This document shows positions 40,640 to 54,520 of a DNA stretch of 64,000 nt, piece after piece. The stretch is from Octopus sinensis (taxonomy: Eukaryota): the NCBI RefSeq assembly GCF_006345805.1, contig NC_043004.1, positions 68,076,001 through 68,140,000 on the forward strand, in the 5' to 3' direction. The notes beneath the pieces were generated by a model that saw nothing but the letters and a program-made list of their open reading frames with translations, did not search any database and had not been told where the DNA came from. A program made the translations under genes and the position numbers. Positions within the stretch are counted from its first letter, which is position 1; the number at the start of each line of letters is the position of its first letter.

Positions 40640-41050
40640 GAATCTATAGACTGCACGAGATATGAAGTAAGACTAATAATGTTGATTTGGTAAATGGTGA
40701 GATTGTATGACATCTGTATAAAACATGTAGGTTTGAATTATACGAGTAACCTTAGATTTCCTTCCAATTTCTTTCCAGATATGAAGCTTATAACAACGGA
40801 CTTTTTCTTCAACCTTGTGCGTGAGCAATATCTTCCCTCTTGCTATTTCTAATCCTCGTCGATGTTCCATTTTCTATATATTCCACAAGAAACCATTGCA
40901 TATACCAGTAAATGTAAGTGACATTATTCAGCCAGGATCCTTGAACACCATCTGTTCCCGAGTCTTTCCAATTTTTTGCATCTTGCTTTAATATCAATAT
41001 TATCTACACCCGTTTTATTTTCTTTCTTTTATTGCCTAAGTCACTTTCAA
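40640..41050 (-). mobile_element. Highly decayed R4/Dong-type RT N-terminal remnant
   Basis: KNWKDSGTDGVQGSWL (compare NWKAPGxDGVQGFWLK), followed by ARGKILLTHK (compare GRTxLIxK). Confidence 0.55.
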
Positions 41051-41509
41051 ATTTGTATAACCAGTCCACTTTCCTGTTGTGATGAAGATATTTACTTCAA
41101 ATATCTGATCAGATGTACTTTGCAGGTTCAACGTTTGTCACATTATTATTCCTATGTATATATTCAGTTGTTAAGATATCCTCTCATTGTTTCTGAACAG
41201 GGCTGTGCTAATGCTGCTCTATTCTTTATCGGTATCTAGTTTTAATGACATTGTCTTTACATTTTCTCTTATCCTTTCTTTCACTATATATAATCCGCTA
41301 TCTATGGTGTGGTACTTTCTATTAACCTTGTGCCTGTGTGTTTACCTCACCATCTGTTATTCAATTATTGCTTATAACCTTCTAACATCTCTTTTGTGAT
41401 CTTCAACATCAATTTTCAAGCCATTTTGTTTGGCTGTTATACTACAAGAATGTTGTGGCGGCAGAACTTGCATATTTTATGTCGTCATAGGCAGCAATTA
41501 TATTGCATC

Positions 41510-42165
<656 letters not shown>

Positions 42166-42172
42166 TTATGAA

Positions 42173-43010
42173 GGCGGCGAGTTGGCAGAAACGTTAGCAC
42201 GCCGGACGAAATGCTTAGCGGTATTTCGTCTGCCGTTACGTTCTGAGTTCAAATTCCGCCGGGGTCGACTTTGCCCTTCATCCTTTCGGGGTCGATTAAT
42301 TATGTACCAGTTGAGTACTGGGGTCAATGTAATCGACTAGTACACTCCTCAAGTCTTCAGGCCTTGCGCATATAGTGGAAAGGATTATTATTACCACTAT
42401 TATTAAAAGTCGGTAAGGTGATAGAATCGTCATCACACCGTACAAATTAGTGGTATTCGGCCGTCTTTACGTTCTGGGTTTAAATTCCACCGAGCTCGAC
42501 TGCCTTTCATCCTTTTGTGGCGAAGCACTAGGGTGAGTGAAATCGATGCGTCTCCTCTCACCAAATTTGAGGCCTCGTTCCTTTAGTAGAAAAGATTATC
42601 ATTATTATGAAAATAATTATATTCTGAAATCTAGACACATTTGCTGACAATATCAAAATCAAAGTCGCCATTGTGATTGCATAGGAAAATCCATACATGG
42701 ACTCAAGTTAAATCTATGTATCCATCACAAATAGATACACCTTCTTTCGTTCTTAATCCTTTTGCACCTAAAGCCTTTCCTTCAAGCTCTCATACGTGGA
42801 AATCGCTGGGAGTGAATCGTCGTTTTTATTTTCAAGGCGGCGAGGTGATAGAAGTGTTGCTGCTCCGAAAAAATACTTAGCGGCATTTCTTCTGTTGGAG
42901 TCGACTTTGACTCTCTTGTTTTCGGGTCGATAAAATAACAGTTTGGCAATAGATTCGTAATAATCCACTTCCACCCTCTATATTTACTGTCTTGTACCAC
43001 AATTTGAAAT
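42173..43010 (+). mobile_element. Family-A SINEs: best copy 42173-42390, decayed copies at about 42407-42600 and 42835-43010
   Basis: ggcggcgagttggcagaaacgttagcacg...gagttcaaattcc (B box) ...cctttcggggtcgat...gtaccagttgagtactggggtcaatgtaatcgact. Confidence 0.88.
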
Positions 43011-44662
43011 TATCATCTTCATCATCATTGTTATTATAAATGTACCAGATAGCAATAAAACACTAGACGAAGTACTCAGTGCCTAGTTTGTCTCAGGCAT
43101 TTTATATGAGTGTGTGATTGTGTGTTTTAGTGTGTGTGTGTCTGTGTGTGTATGTGTGTGTGTGTATGTATGTGTGTGTGTTGTGTGTGTGTGTGTGTGT
43201 GTGTGCGTGTGTGTGCGTGTGTGATGGAGAGAGGGAGAGAGTCAGACAGACAGAGAGTATTCTGCGAGCATTGCGCCAGAATGTGTTTGAAATTTCAATA
43301 GAAACTCACTTTTAAAATCTTTGAAACATAAAGTAAATAAGAACTATTACAATATACTTCCATTTCTCAAAACTTGTGCATTGGCAACTTTGAGGCTGAT
43401 CCGTATATAAAAGAGATTTCACTATTTTTTTATTTTTATTTTTATTTTAACAGCGCTGCAAAGTAAAACTTCTTCATACAATCTAATATTTCCTTCTGTT
43501 ACATAAAATCGCTTCCATTTGTAATTTTCTCATTTATTTTCTCACTCTTCCGTTTTTATTGCTTTCTCTCTAAACGTATTCATTATCTTGCCTTTATAGC
43601 TATCCTTATCTTCCTCCATTCGTGTTTCACATATCACGCAAACTATATCAAACACTCCAAAGGATTATACAATTCTATTGGCTCACTGCCCTAAATGCAA
43701 TAATCCTTCTATCTTCATTGCTTCCTTGCTAAAGTTGAAAGACAAGCCTATAATTGGATGAAAGACAATGCTTGTACTTAGATCCTTACTTGATTCAATG
43801 AAATTTACCGATTAAAAGGAAATGCACTGGAACAGTAATGAGAAAACTACGTTAGTAATATGATGGCGTTGTCAATCATGTCAACATGCTGCCGTCTTCT
43901 AATACATCTATTTCAATATAGGAATGTTGTTGTCTATTTGTTGTGGATGTTTGCCAAATATTTCACCGTACAGGACTAGCCACTGAAACTATCAGCTAAT
44001 ATATCATTTGCTTATTACTACAGCCATTTGGCACAAATGTAAAAGCGCCGTACTACATGTATTACAAAAGTTAGCGTGCACCTCCCAACGTTTCTACATT
44101 GCTTGTTGAAAATCTACTGTACAAATATAGAAAGTGAGTAATAAAATTAGTACCAGTAATATGTGCTGCTCTGAATAATCGACTCTAGAATCAACTTCAC
44201 GTTTCCATAAGAAATTTATGAATTTTGACATGATTACAAGTCTAGAATGCTTCATAGGTGTTGCAAATTTATTAGATAATACCTGAGTACATATTTCATG
44301 TGATTTTGTGATCCATATTCATTTCGTAGACAGATGTCAGAAGTAATACGAAATAAGCATAGAGTGCATGTAATAAGTTTTAATGTTATGTAATAGTTGT
44401 ATAAATCGCTTTCTCATCGTACGTTGTTGAAACGCTCAAAATGAAGGAATAATCATGGTATTAAGACCTTCATTTTTGGACATATATATTTGGCTGTTAT
44501 TTCTAATATTCGACTTGAAAGCCCTCGTTCATGTGCATCCAAAATGAGGACATAATTGATAGGAGGTTCGTTAGTACTAGGCATTTGAATATGTTTGTTT
44601 GGGTACATATATGTATATATACATGCATATGTATAAATGCGTTCGCACATAAACACATAAAC

Positions 44663-44663
<1 letters not shown>

Positions 44664-44728
<65 letters not shown>
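44664..44728. repeat. (GATA)n at the 3' end of the Tx1-like element
   Basis: Direct reading. Confidence 0.95.
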
Positions 44729-44729
<1 letters not shown>

Positions 44730-47339
44730 TGTTTCTTTATTAGCCACACAGGGCTGCACACAGATAGAACAAATTACAAGGTAGAGCTTTTCTTTTGAAG
44801 GTTTAAAAAAAAAATAAAATAAAATAAAAAATAAAATAAAATAAAAAAGGGGGGTAGATCAAAAGGGATCGTAAAAGGAGAGAAAGAGGACAAAAAAGGG
44901 GGGGTTAAAAAAAAGGGGGAGAGGAAAAAAAATTGATCAATAGGGATCGTTATCACAGAAATGTCAATATTTAGTGTAAAGGGGAGGACAGGTGAGGTTT
45001 ACCCGTGGAAAGAAAAGCCTACGGAAAAGACCACGGTAACCTCGGTCAATGAAGTCACATGTTATATTTCTTTTTTTTTTTTTGCAAATAAGCAACTCTC
45101 TGTATTATTTTTTACGGTTCATAGAATCATAGTCAAGGTGGCTTCGTCATTCACACGTGCCATCCTTGCTACATTCACCCATCTTTTTTTAAAACATTCA
45201 CTAGACAAAACTTGCCTCTCTACTCTCACTTTTTTCTTCAAGTGATACTTGAAGAAGTTGATGAGAGATTGACCAGAGAGGAAAGTGTTTGTCTCTAATC
45301 CTTTCAGACGCGTCTACCAGATACATTCTTTCGCCATAGCCACAAGTATGATAAAAATAGCTCTTCCTTCCCGTTTGAAGGAAGGAGGCGTGACGATATT
45401 AACGATAGACTCGGCTGATAAACCGACACGTCCCACACGTGACAGCAGTCGTTCGATATAAGCCCACAGGTGGGAAATTGCTGGACACTGCACGATTGCG
45501 TGCAGAGCGGTTTCGTCGCTCTGCCCGCATCTCGGGCAGGTCGGCCCCGTGTTTCTCGAGCCATGCCTATAGAGCTTATCCCGAACGGGTAGCGCTTCTC
45601 GGTAGCACCGCCAGGCCAGGGATCTCTGGAAGTTGTCCATAGGTCCCGGCCGAAAGTCGTTTGAAACAGGCGGGTCAGGTATTCCTCGTCGACGCCCAGG
45701 TTTGCCCCGAGCTCGTCGTCGTACCTCCCCTCCACTAATCCCCTATAGAATGCTTTGGTTGTGTTGAAGTCACTCAAGGTCGACCCGGGACGGCAGAGTT
45801 GCTTGAGAGCAACGCGACACTCGCGGTGCCATTCGCCCTTCTTCGGCCTCTTTTTGATCCACGACTGTAGTTCGGTCATGGAGACGAGTTGCGGGAATGC
45901 GTGCCTCACAAACGGCGACCACACCTGTTCACCGTCGTCTACATAGAGCCGGAGATGTCGCAGTCTCAGCGCGTGTCTGCGCATCATCAACCACGGCATG
46001 CCCAGCCCTCCTTTTAACGTTGTTGACAGCAAATGGATCGCCTGACCATCGGGACGCATCCTTTCCACAAGAAGCGGAAGAGGATGCGTTCTAGTTTGGT
46101 GATGGTAGGGTCGGGACAAGGTACGACGGTCAGGCGGTAGTAGATGATGGACGCGATGTACGCGTTCACCACCTCCGCCCGACCTTTTAGGGACAGTTTC
46201 CTCTCGGCCTATTGCTGGGCGAGAGTGACCACCCTACTCGTTATCTCGTTCCAGTTTTTCTCCATTTGGAGGTCCGGACCGAACCAGACCCCGAGCAACT
46301 CAACCGGGCCGTCTGTCCAGCGTCCCACGACGGAGGTACTGGTGGACGGCATGGGCTTGCTTCTCCAGGTGCCGAGCCGCAAGCCCACTGACTTTTCCCG
46401 GTTGATTTTTGCTCCTGTCACCGCTTCGTAGTCTTTCAGTGTCTCGCCGAACCGCTCGATGTGCTCGTGGCTTGACACTATGACGGTGACGTCGTCCGCG
46501 TATGCAGACACGCTCGTCCCGCATCCTAATTCTCGCGGGATGCCCCTCAGAGTCGCTAGCTTCCGCAGTAGTGGCTCAAGAGTCAATACGTATAGAAGCG
46601 CCGAGAGGGGGCATCCCTGACGGACCGAACGTGCAATGTCGAAGGGTCTCGATAGATGTCCATTTACGCGAATTACCGAACGGATGCCTCTGTACAAGGC
46701 AGCTATCCAGCCGCGGAAGACGGGACCGAAACCAGCCGCTCTCAGGACTGCCTCTAAGTATCGATGGTCTACCCTATCAAAGGCTTTCGATTGATCCAAG
46801 TTGATCAGGGCCCCACCCATGCCAGGTTCGTTAACTACCCTGTCTATGATGTAGCGCATCAGATGGAGGTTGTCATGGATGCTCCGGCCTGGCACGGCGC
46901 ACGTTTGTGCGTTGTCGACCAGTTTCTCCATGACAAGCGCCAACCTCTTGGCTAACACCTTTGTCAAAATTTTCAGGTCTGCATTGAGCAGAGTGATTGG
47001 CCTAAAGTTATCTATAATGTTTCCCTTGTTTGGATCTTTCTTCAGCAGAGTTACAGCTCCTCGACTCACAAAACCGGGTATGCTCCCGTTTTGCTGCCAG
47101 TTGCAGTATACCGCTGCCAAGACGTCTCCAAACAAGTCTGGCATACAATAGTAAAATTCGTAGGGTAGACCAACCAAACCCGGTGATTTGTCCCTCGAGA
47201 ATTCTGCCATCGCTTCCCGCACTTCCGCCGCGGTGATGGCACCTTCGCAGCACCCTGCCTTTCTTGTCGAGAGTCGTGGCAGGCTATGTAGGTAGGCACT
47301 GAAGTCTACCCTACGTTCTTGCCCTCCACTCGTCCCGAA
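44729..47339 (-). mobile_element. Young 5'-truncated L1/Tx1-clade non-LTR retrotransposon (ORF2 RT, zf-RVT and 3' UTR)
   Basis: KSPGLVGLPYEFY, NFRPITLLNADLKIL, LDQSKAFDRVDH, SVRQGCPLS, AYADDV; C-terminal CPRCGQSDETALHAIVQC. ORF2 stop at about 45119, with only a few stops and frameshifts (e.g. stops at 46209 and 45314). AATAAA at 44741-44736. Markedly GC-richer than the flanks. Confidence 0.95.
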
Positions 47340-47419
47340 TAGATAGATAGATAGATAGATCGATAGATAGATAGATAGATGGATAGATAGATAGATAGAT
47401 AGATAGATATAGATAGATC

Positions 47420-47496
<77 letters not shown>

Positions 47497-47499
47497 GGA

Positions 47500-47589
<90 letters not shown>

Positions 47590-47590
47590 C
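47340..47590. repeat. (GATA)n at the 5' junction of the Tx1-like element
   Basis: Direct reading. Confidence 0.95.
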
Positions 47591-48783
47591 GACAAACATA
47601 CATTCACTATAATTCTGCTAGTTTCTGAAATATATATGTAACTTTCTTTACAACAAAAGACATTTTTGAATATTGGCGTAGATGCTTCTTACCATTACAA
47701 AACGAATAAATCAAAGACTTACTCGTGTAAAAGACAGCATTGGAATATGGTAAGGGGAAAAGAGAGAAAAATGTAAGAGCAGCATCTTTAATTTCTGTTG
47801 CAATTTTCTTTTCTTATGAAAACATTTTTTGTTCAGTTGTTTCATTCTTGTCTTCTTCTAACTTTAAATGAGTTCGGAGAAGCAGTTCCGGATCGGATAT
47901 CCATTAAATTTCGTCGAAATTTCCATGATGTCATTTGTTTCATTTCAGGGTATAATTCAGAGAAACAAAACACACACACACATACTCACACACTCGCACT
48001 CAAACACACACACACACAAATATCTCGTGGGCTTTATGAGATTAATATATGTAGCTCGATGCAGGTTTGGTTTGCTTGCCATTCTTGAATTCACCCACAG
48101 AAACAATCAGATAACAATCCGGCTTGCCCATCACCTCCTCGCGCACCTTCGCCCACAACGCTTCTTCTTTCTCACTGCCTGCTGACATCTAATCAACTTA
48201 AATGAACTTAACTGACCTGTATCCCAGCCGTCATATATTATAAACTGCATAAAATGCTTAGAGATTATAGGCTGATATCATATTTAGTTATTGGAAGAAA
48301 GTTCTAGATATAATTGAAGAGCTATGGCAATTGATGCCAGCATTTTATAAGGCGGTTGCAGGGTCGAAGCAAAAGGTTAATTACAGCCAGATAGAAGTAA
48401 CTTTAACCAACTTAAATTATTCCTTGAATAAATGCAAAAGTGATCTCAATTTAACAACATATTATGAGCGGGAGTTAGAATGAAACCTTTTTTTTTCCTT
48501 TTTCATCTTTTTTTTTTTGTGGTTTCTATTATTTACTGAAGTTCAAAAATATTACAAGGAAAATATCTAAATATAGATGCTCGTGATTCCTATCAATTTA
48601 AATCATAGAAATGTAGTCCGAAAGCACTAGAATGTGGAACATTGGAAAATAAATGGCAATAGAAGAATTGGTGCGCTAATAACTCTTTTCAATTCAATTT
48701 TTCCTCATGGAAGACCGTTGTCATACAGATCTGAACTGTTTAAATGGAAAAGTTTCTTGACACGTGTATAATCACACATGTGT

Positions 48784-48819
<36 letters not shown>

Positions 48820-49575
48820 ACGCATGTAAGTGCATCTGTCTCTCTCACGCCATCTCTTGCGAACATGCTATATGTGTGTAAATATTTAGGTAGGTAAGTA
48901 GGCAGGCAGGTAGAGAGATAGATACGTAGGTAGGTATGTATGTAAGTATGTAGGTAGGTTGGTAGGTAGGTATGTATGTATGTATGTATGTAGGTAGGTA
49001 TATAGGTAGGTAGGTAGGTTGGTAATGGGCAGATGCACCCCAGCAGGCACCAAAACTGCAGTCTAAAGTTGTGTAAAGTTCTCGCTCAAGGCGTGTGACA
49101 TGTAAAGAGTGAATTGTTAAATTAATGCTTGTCATCGGCATCAATGGAGGAAATAAGTAAAGGAAAGTGTGTATCAGATTTGGTAGAAACATGCGCTTTT
49201 CATATTGAACTTAAGCGAGCTGCTCGAAAAGCATCGCCAATGTAGTAAGTTGGAGACAGTTGGTCTACAGTGTCTACGGTCTTTGTAAGTCTCTCAAGAG
49301 TTGAGCTCACTTGTTACAAGCGGAACCACAAGTGAAGATTATAATTCTTTATGAGCACACAATGTTCTTAATGGTCAGTGATGGTCTTCCATCACGTAGA
49401 AATAGATAGATAGGTAGACAGACAGACACACAGACAGACAGCTAGGAATATTTCATTGAAAACTCATTCTTCCTCGCATCTGAATCGCATAACACTGCGA
49501 TCAGCAGTCGAGAATAGGGATATGAAACCGAACCTCGAGAACAGAATTCAGTTTCAGTAAAGCGTATACTTTACA

Positions 49576-49608
<33 letters not shown>

Positions 49609-49699
49609 ATATATACTGAGCTTTCTCCTCATGTTCATGCATTCAGGAGTTTATGTGCATACGTGTAGGTATTTATGTATATATACATACTCATATATA

Positions 49700-49898
49700 T
49701 ACAAAAACAATTGCAGCGTGGAAGGTGTTTATAAGCGATTTAAGAACGAAGCGACGAAGATATTTTGGCAAATTAAATGTTGAAGTGAATCTAAAGGTTC
49801 TTTTGTTTTTAAATAGTTTATAAGCACCTTCCACCCACGTAACAATTGTTTTTGTTTCAGGACACGACCAGCATATTTTTGCAAGGATATCTTCGTAC
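49700..49898. mobile_element. Small fold-back element with extension, in (TA)n
   Basis: aaaaacaattg..gtggaaggtgtttataa..atttaa (49703-49743) vs ttaaata..ttataagcaccttccac..caattgttttt (49809-49853). The loop segment acgaagatattttggcaaa is an inverted copy of the extension tttgcaaggatatcttcgt. Confidence 0.65.
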
Positions 49899-49912
49899 TA
49901 TATATATATATA

Positions 49913-50311
49913 GGCGTAGGAGTGGCTGTGTGGTAAGTAGCTTGCTTAACAACCACATGGTTCCGGGTTCAGTCCCACTGCGTGGCAACTTGGGCATGTG
50001 TCTTCTACTATAGCCTCGGGCCGACCAAAGATTTGTGAGTGGATTTGGTACACGGAAACTGAAAGAAGCCCATCGTATATATGTATATATATGTGTGTGT
50101 GTATGTTTGTGTGTTGTGTTTGCCCCCCCCCCCCAACATCGCTTGCCAACCGATGCTGGTGTGTTTACGTCCCCGTAACTTAGCGATTCGGAAAAAGAGA
50201 CCGATAGAGTAAGTACTAGGCTTACAAAGAATAAGTCCTGGGATCGATTTCCTCGACTAAAGGCGGTGCTCCAGCATGGCCACAGTCAAATGACTGAAAC
50301 AAGTAAAAGAG
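49913..50311 (+). mobile_element. Family-B tRNA-derived SINE, best full-length copy
   Basis: A box tggctgtgtggtaag, B box gggttcagtccc, internal (TA)/(TG) tract at 50075-50120, tail ggcggtgctccagcatggccacagtcaaatgactgaaacaagtaaaagag. Confidence 0.9.
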
Positions 50312-50567
50312 TATATATATATATATATATATAAAATAGCGAACATCTACACACCAGAGAATCTACCTTTAACAGGTAATTTTACACGCTAAGAGAAGCA
50401 GTCGAAACTACCAAAACCATATTTAAGAGCATTTATATATATATATATATCTTATAATTTCAGGCTAAAGAAGGTTATTCTAAAGCCAATACACCGAATT
50501 ATCCACTTATAATCTACTTGTTACCGGAAAATTGAACAAGCAGGTATATATATGTATGTATGTATGT

Positions 50568-50720
<153 letters not shown>

Positions 50721-50870
50721 CAGATATATTAAAAGTCAGGGTACAATAGGTATCTGTTTGCTTGAAAGAATAGAACTCTCCAAAACCACGTATCTCTCGC
50801 ATATATTATCTCTCGCATTTTAGTAAATATTTTGCCTATTTGGGTTATGGTTGCCGGCCACTTTATGCAT

Positions 50871-50904
<34 letters not shown>

Positions 50905-50945
50905 TTACATCTATACATATATATATAATATATATTATATATATA

Positions 50946-50983
<38 letters not shown>

Positions 50984-51134
50984 TATATATATATAGTAGA
51001 TAAATGAATTATCTTATTACGGATTATTCAAATGATAACCGATACCTGGGTAGCAAAAATCACATTCCATGGGCTCCTCGTGAGCGTTTGTCGGAAAGCT
51101 TGCTGTGCATTTTGTTGGAGAATTAATTTCCTGG

Positions 51135-51220
51135 ATTTTCCTGAAGAGAAGGCTGCAAAATGGACTCCTTATTCAATCCGAATTAGGGATTTTGCAGCCT
51201 TTGAAACATATGTAGAAAAT
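51135..51220 (+). ncRNA. Type I hammerhead ribozyme with a 14-bp stem II, inside an insert of about 280 bp (50995-51275) between (TA)n tracts
   Basis: ATTTTC-CTGAAGA-GAAGGCTGCAAAAT(27-nt loop)ATTTTGCAGCCTTT-GAA-ACATATGT-A-GAAAAT. The GUA triplet predicts a cut after 51214. Confidence 0.87.
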
Positions 51221-52969
51221 AATAAAAAGGAATTTTGTTAAGTCTTCGTTCAGCTCCATTTCTTCCTACACTAAATATATATATATATATATATATACAT
51301 ACATACATATATACATACATATATACATATATATACATATATACATATATATACATACATATATACATATATATACATATATATATATGTAGGCTTATAT
51401 ATGTGTTTGGATATATATATATATACCTCTCGCACACATATGTATGCGGTTGAGTGTGTGTGCATGGGCATATGTCTTCAGCCAATTAAAACTCTTTGTG
51501 TATACTTGATTTTTTTATCCATTTATTAATATGTGCGTGTGTGTGTTTGTTAGTGAGTATATATGAGTATGTTATGTATGCGTACTAGCCAGCTTCCATA
51601 TGAATAGACGGTAATTCGTAGTGTAACCTCTCACAGAAATGATAAATCATCGGTATATCACGCTGTGAGCTCTAAATTCTGGTTATCTTTCGGTACTGAG
51701 CTTCTGCTTTCACATTTACAATGACAGCAGCAATACAGTCTACCTTCTACTACAAACCATATTCTCTTTCCTCTTGTAAGTACACGCGGTAATTCTTTTT
51801 TCATTATCTGGCGGAGTATGTTTGGTTGTTGCTATTATAACGCTGTCAGTAGTCGACTATAATTAGTAATGTTATGCAGTCTCTGAAGATTCAACAATAC
51901 TGTACAAGTATCCTATATAAAACAGGTATTTTTCATTAATGAAATACTCGTAAGATGATGTGAGTTTTATGAACAGATTCTGCTGTTTCGTTTTACTTTC
52001 AGTTTGTACACTGTCTAACCTATCGAACCACGTGATCTAACCAAACGAATCTCAGGATTGTAATGTGAATCCTCATCGCAATTTTCCTTCTGGATATTAA
52101 AAAAAAACACAAATGAAGTTCTAAATACTGTTTATCTGTAGTGCACTTTAATTTCAAATCACTCTATATAATTATGTATGCGTGCGTATACATGTTTGTG
52201 TACAAGTATGGATGTGTAACAAATATATGTATGTATACACGTATGTATGAAATTATAAGCCACATTATGGATTTTTCGCTGATTGTATGTTTGAGTGTGT
52301 AAGTACGAATAAATTGAATATTAATTTCTAATTAGATTTCGTTATCTGTCGGACAGGGTTGCCTAATTATGTCTGCCAGACTGCCATGCTTCAGTGCAAC
52401 TAATTATTTTTTAAAGCAAAAGAAATGAGACCTGAATCTGATCTCTGACCCCTAAAAGAAAAATTATCTTTTCTAAAACAAGTGACCCGCCTAAAAAAAA
52501 TTACATATTTCTTACAAATAATTTGTATTGTCAAGATTCATTGATTTTTGTAGCTCATTATGTTATTTTAGCCAGCGCATGAGTGTGTTTGTGTGTGTAT
52601 GTAGTGTATTTTGAATGTGTAATTAATGTGTATGCTTGCTTATGATGCGATCAGACTAGTTTGTTTACTGTATAAAAATGTATATAGTGAGGGAGCAGTG
52701 TGTGTCTATGTATATGTGTGTCTATATATGTGTATATTCCTTTGTGTGTTCAGTGTAAGCGTATTCTGTGTATATTTCGTTTTTTTTTATGTTTTCTTCC
52801 TTTATTTTTGTGTGCGGTATTTTTGAAGCATTATTTCTCTGTGTGGCATTAGAGGTTCAATATTGTTTGTAACTATTGTTTATGCTGTTAATGTTTTTCG
52901 TCCTATTTGTTTCGTCCATCTCTAAGATGTAACATTTGATAATACTGTCTAGCATTTCATATCTCTTCC

Positions 52970-53000
<31 letters not shown>

Positions 53001-53005
<5 letters not shown>

Positions 53006-53579
53006 TTTTTTATTTGCGCTATATTTCATTTCTAGCCATTATTATTATTGATGTTAATGATAGTTTGTTCTTATTTTTAATGGTGTACTTGTTGTTATTA
53101 ATGCTGGTTTGTTGCTGACGCTGATGTTCACGTTGTTCTAGTCATTTTTGTGCACGATTTTAATCTCGTGCTTGTTGCAATCAGAGGTTTGTATAACAAA
53201 AATATATTTAAACTGATTCTCGCTCGCTATTTTGCTCTATAATTACATTAGTCTCTCAATAAAAGCGATACTCCTGTTCGTATTTTTCTCTATCTTCTAC
53301 TTATTTGTTTAATATCATTTTTTTAAAATTATTCACGACAGGGAAGCATGATTTGGTGGGTTATTTCTTTTGTTAAAAAAGTGTTTTTAAAGGATTATTG
53401 ACATCGTCGTCATCGTAGGGGTGGCTAAGCGGTATGTAGCTTGCTTACGAACCATATAGTTCCGGGTTCAGTCCCACTGTATGGCACCTTGGGCAAGTGT
53501 CTTCAATAGTCTCGGACCGACCAAAGCCTTGTGATCAGATTTGGTAGACGGAAACTGAAAGAAGCCCGTCATATGTATG

Positions 53580-53629
<50 letters not shown>

Positions 53630-54207
53630 AATTATTTTTTATTTGCGCTATATTTCATTTCTAGCCATTATTATTATTGATGTAATGATAGTTTGTTCTT
53701 ATTTTTAATGGTGTACTTGTTGTTATTAATGCTGGTTTGTTGCTGACGCTGATGTTCACGTTGTTCTAGTCATTTTTGTGCACGATTTTAATCTCGTGCT
53801 TGTTGCAATCAGAGGTTTGTATAACAAAAATATATTTAAACTGATTCTCGCTCGCTATTTTGCTCTATAATTACATTAGTCTCTCAATAAAAGCGATACT
53901 CCTGTTCGTATTTTTCTCTATCTTCTACTTATTTGTTTAATATCATTTTTTTAAAATTATTCACGACAGGGAAGCATGATTTGGTGGGTTATTTCTTTTG
54001 TTAAAAAAGTGTTTTTAAAGGATTATTGACATCGTCGTCATCGTAGGGGTGGCTAAGCGGTATGTAGCTTGCTTACGAACCATATAGTTCCGGGTTCAGT
54101 CCCACTGTATGGCACCTTGGGCAAGTGTCTTCAATAGTCTCGGACCGACCAAAGCCTTGTGATCAGATTTGGTAGACGGAAACTGAAAGAAGCCCGTCAT
54201 ATGTATG

Positions 54208-54240
<33 letters not shown>
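53001..54240. repeat. Near-identical tandem duplication, period about 629 bp, with breakpoints in (TA)n
   Basis: Units start at 53001 and 53630; one 1-bp indel was noticed (atgttaatg vs atgtaatg). Confidence 0.95.
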
Positions 54241-54257
<17 letters not shown>

Positions 54258-54270
54258 ATATATACATATA

Positions 54271-54311
<41 letters not shown>

Positions 54312-54520
54312 GTTTGTGTGTGTGTATGTTGTTTGTCTGTGTTCCCCCTCCCAACATCGCTTCACAACCGATGCTGGTGTGTTTACGGTTCGGCAAAAGA
54401 GACCGATAGAATAAGTGCTAGGCTTACAAAGAATAAGTCCTGGGGTCGATTTTTTCGACTAAAAGCGGTGCTCCAGCATGGCCACAGTCAAATGACTGAA
54501 ACAGGTAAAGGAGTAAAAGA
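54042..54520 (+). mobile_element. Family-B SINE, full length (5' half duplicated at about 53415-53580)
   Basis: Same head, body and tail as the 49913 copy. Confidence 0.88.

Noticed and set aside
43750-44000. Possible piggyBac transposase relic (YNxxMGGVD-like)
   Set aside because: Requires several frameshifts and substitutions, and no TTAA-bounded TIR was identified; needs a profile search.
47340-47603. N-terminal extension and start codon of the 464-aa RT ORF
   Set aside because: Read-through into the (TATC)n flank; the element is 5'-truncated and lacks its endonuclease, so this is not a real CDS start.
51670-51700. tggttatct resemblance to miR-9
   Set aside because: Only a 9-nt match, with no precursor hairpin.
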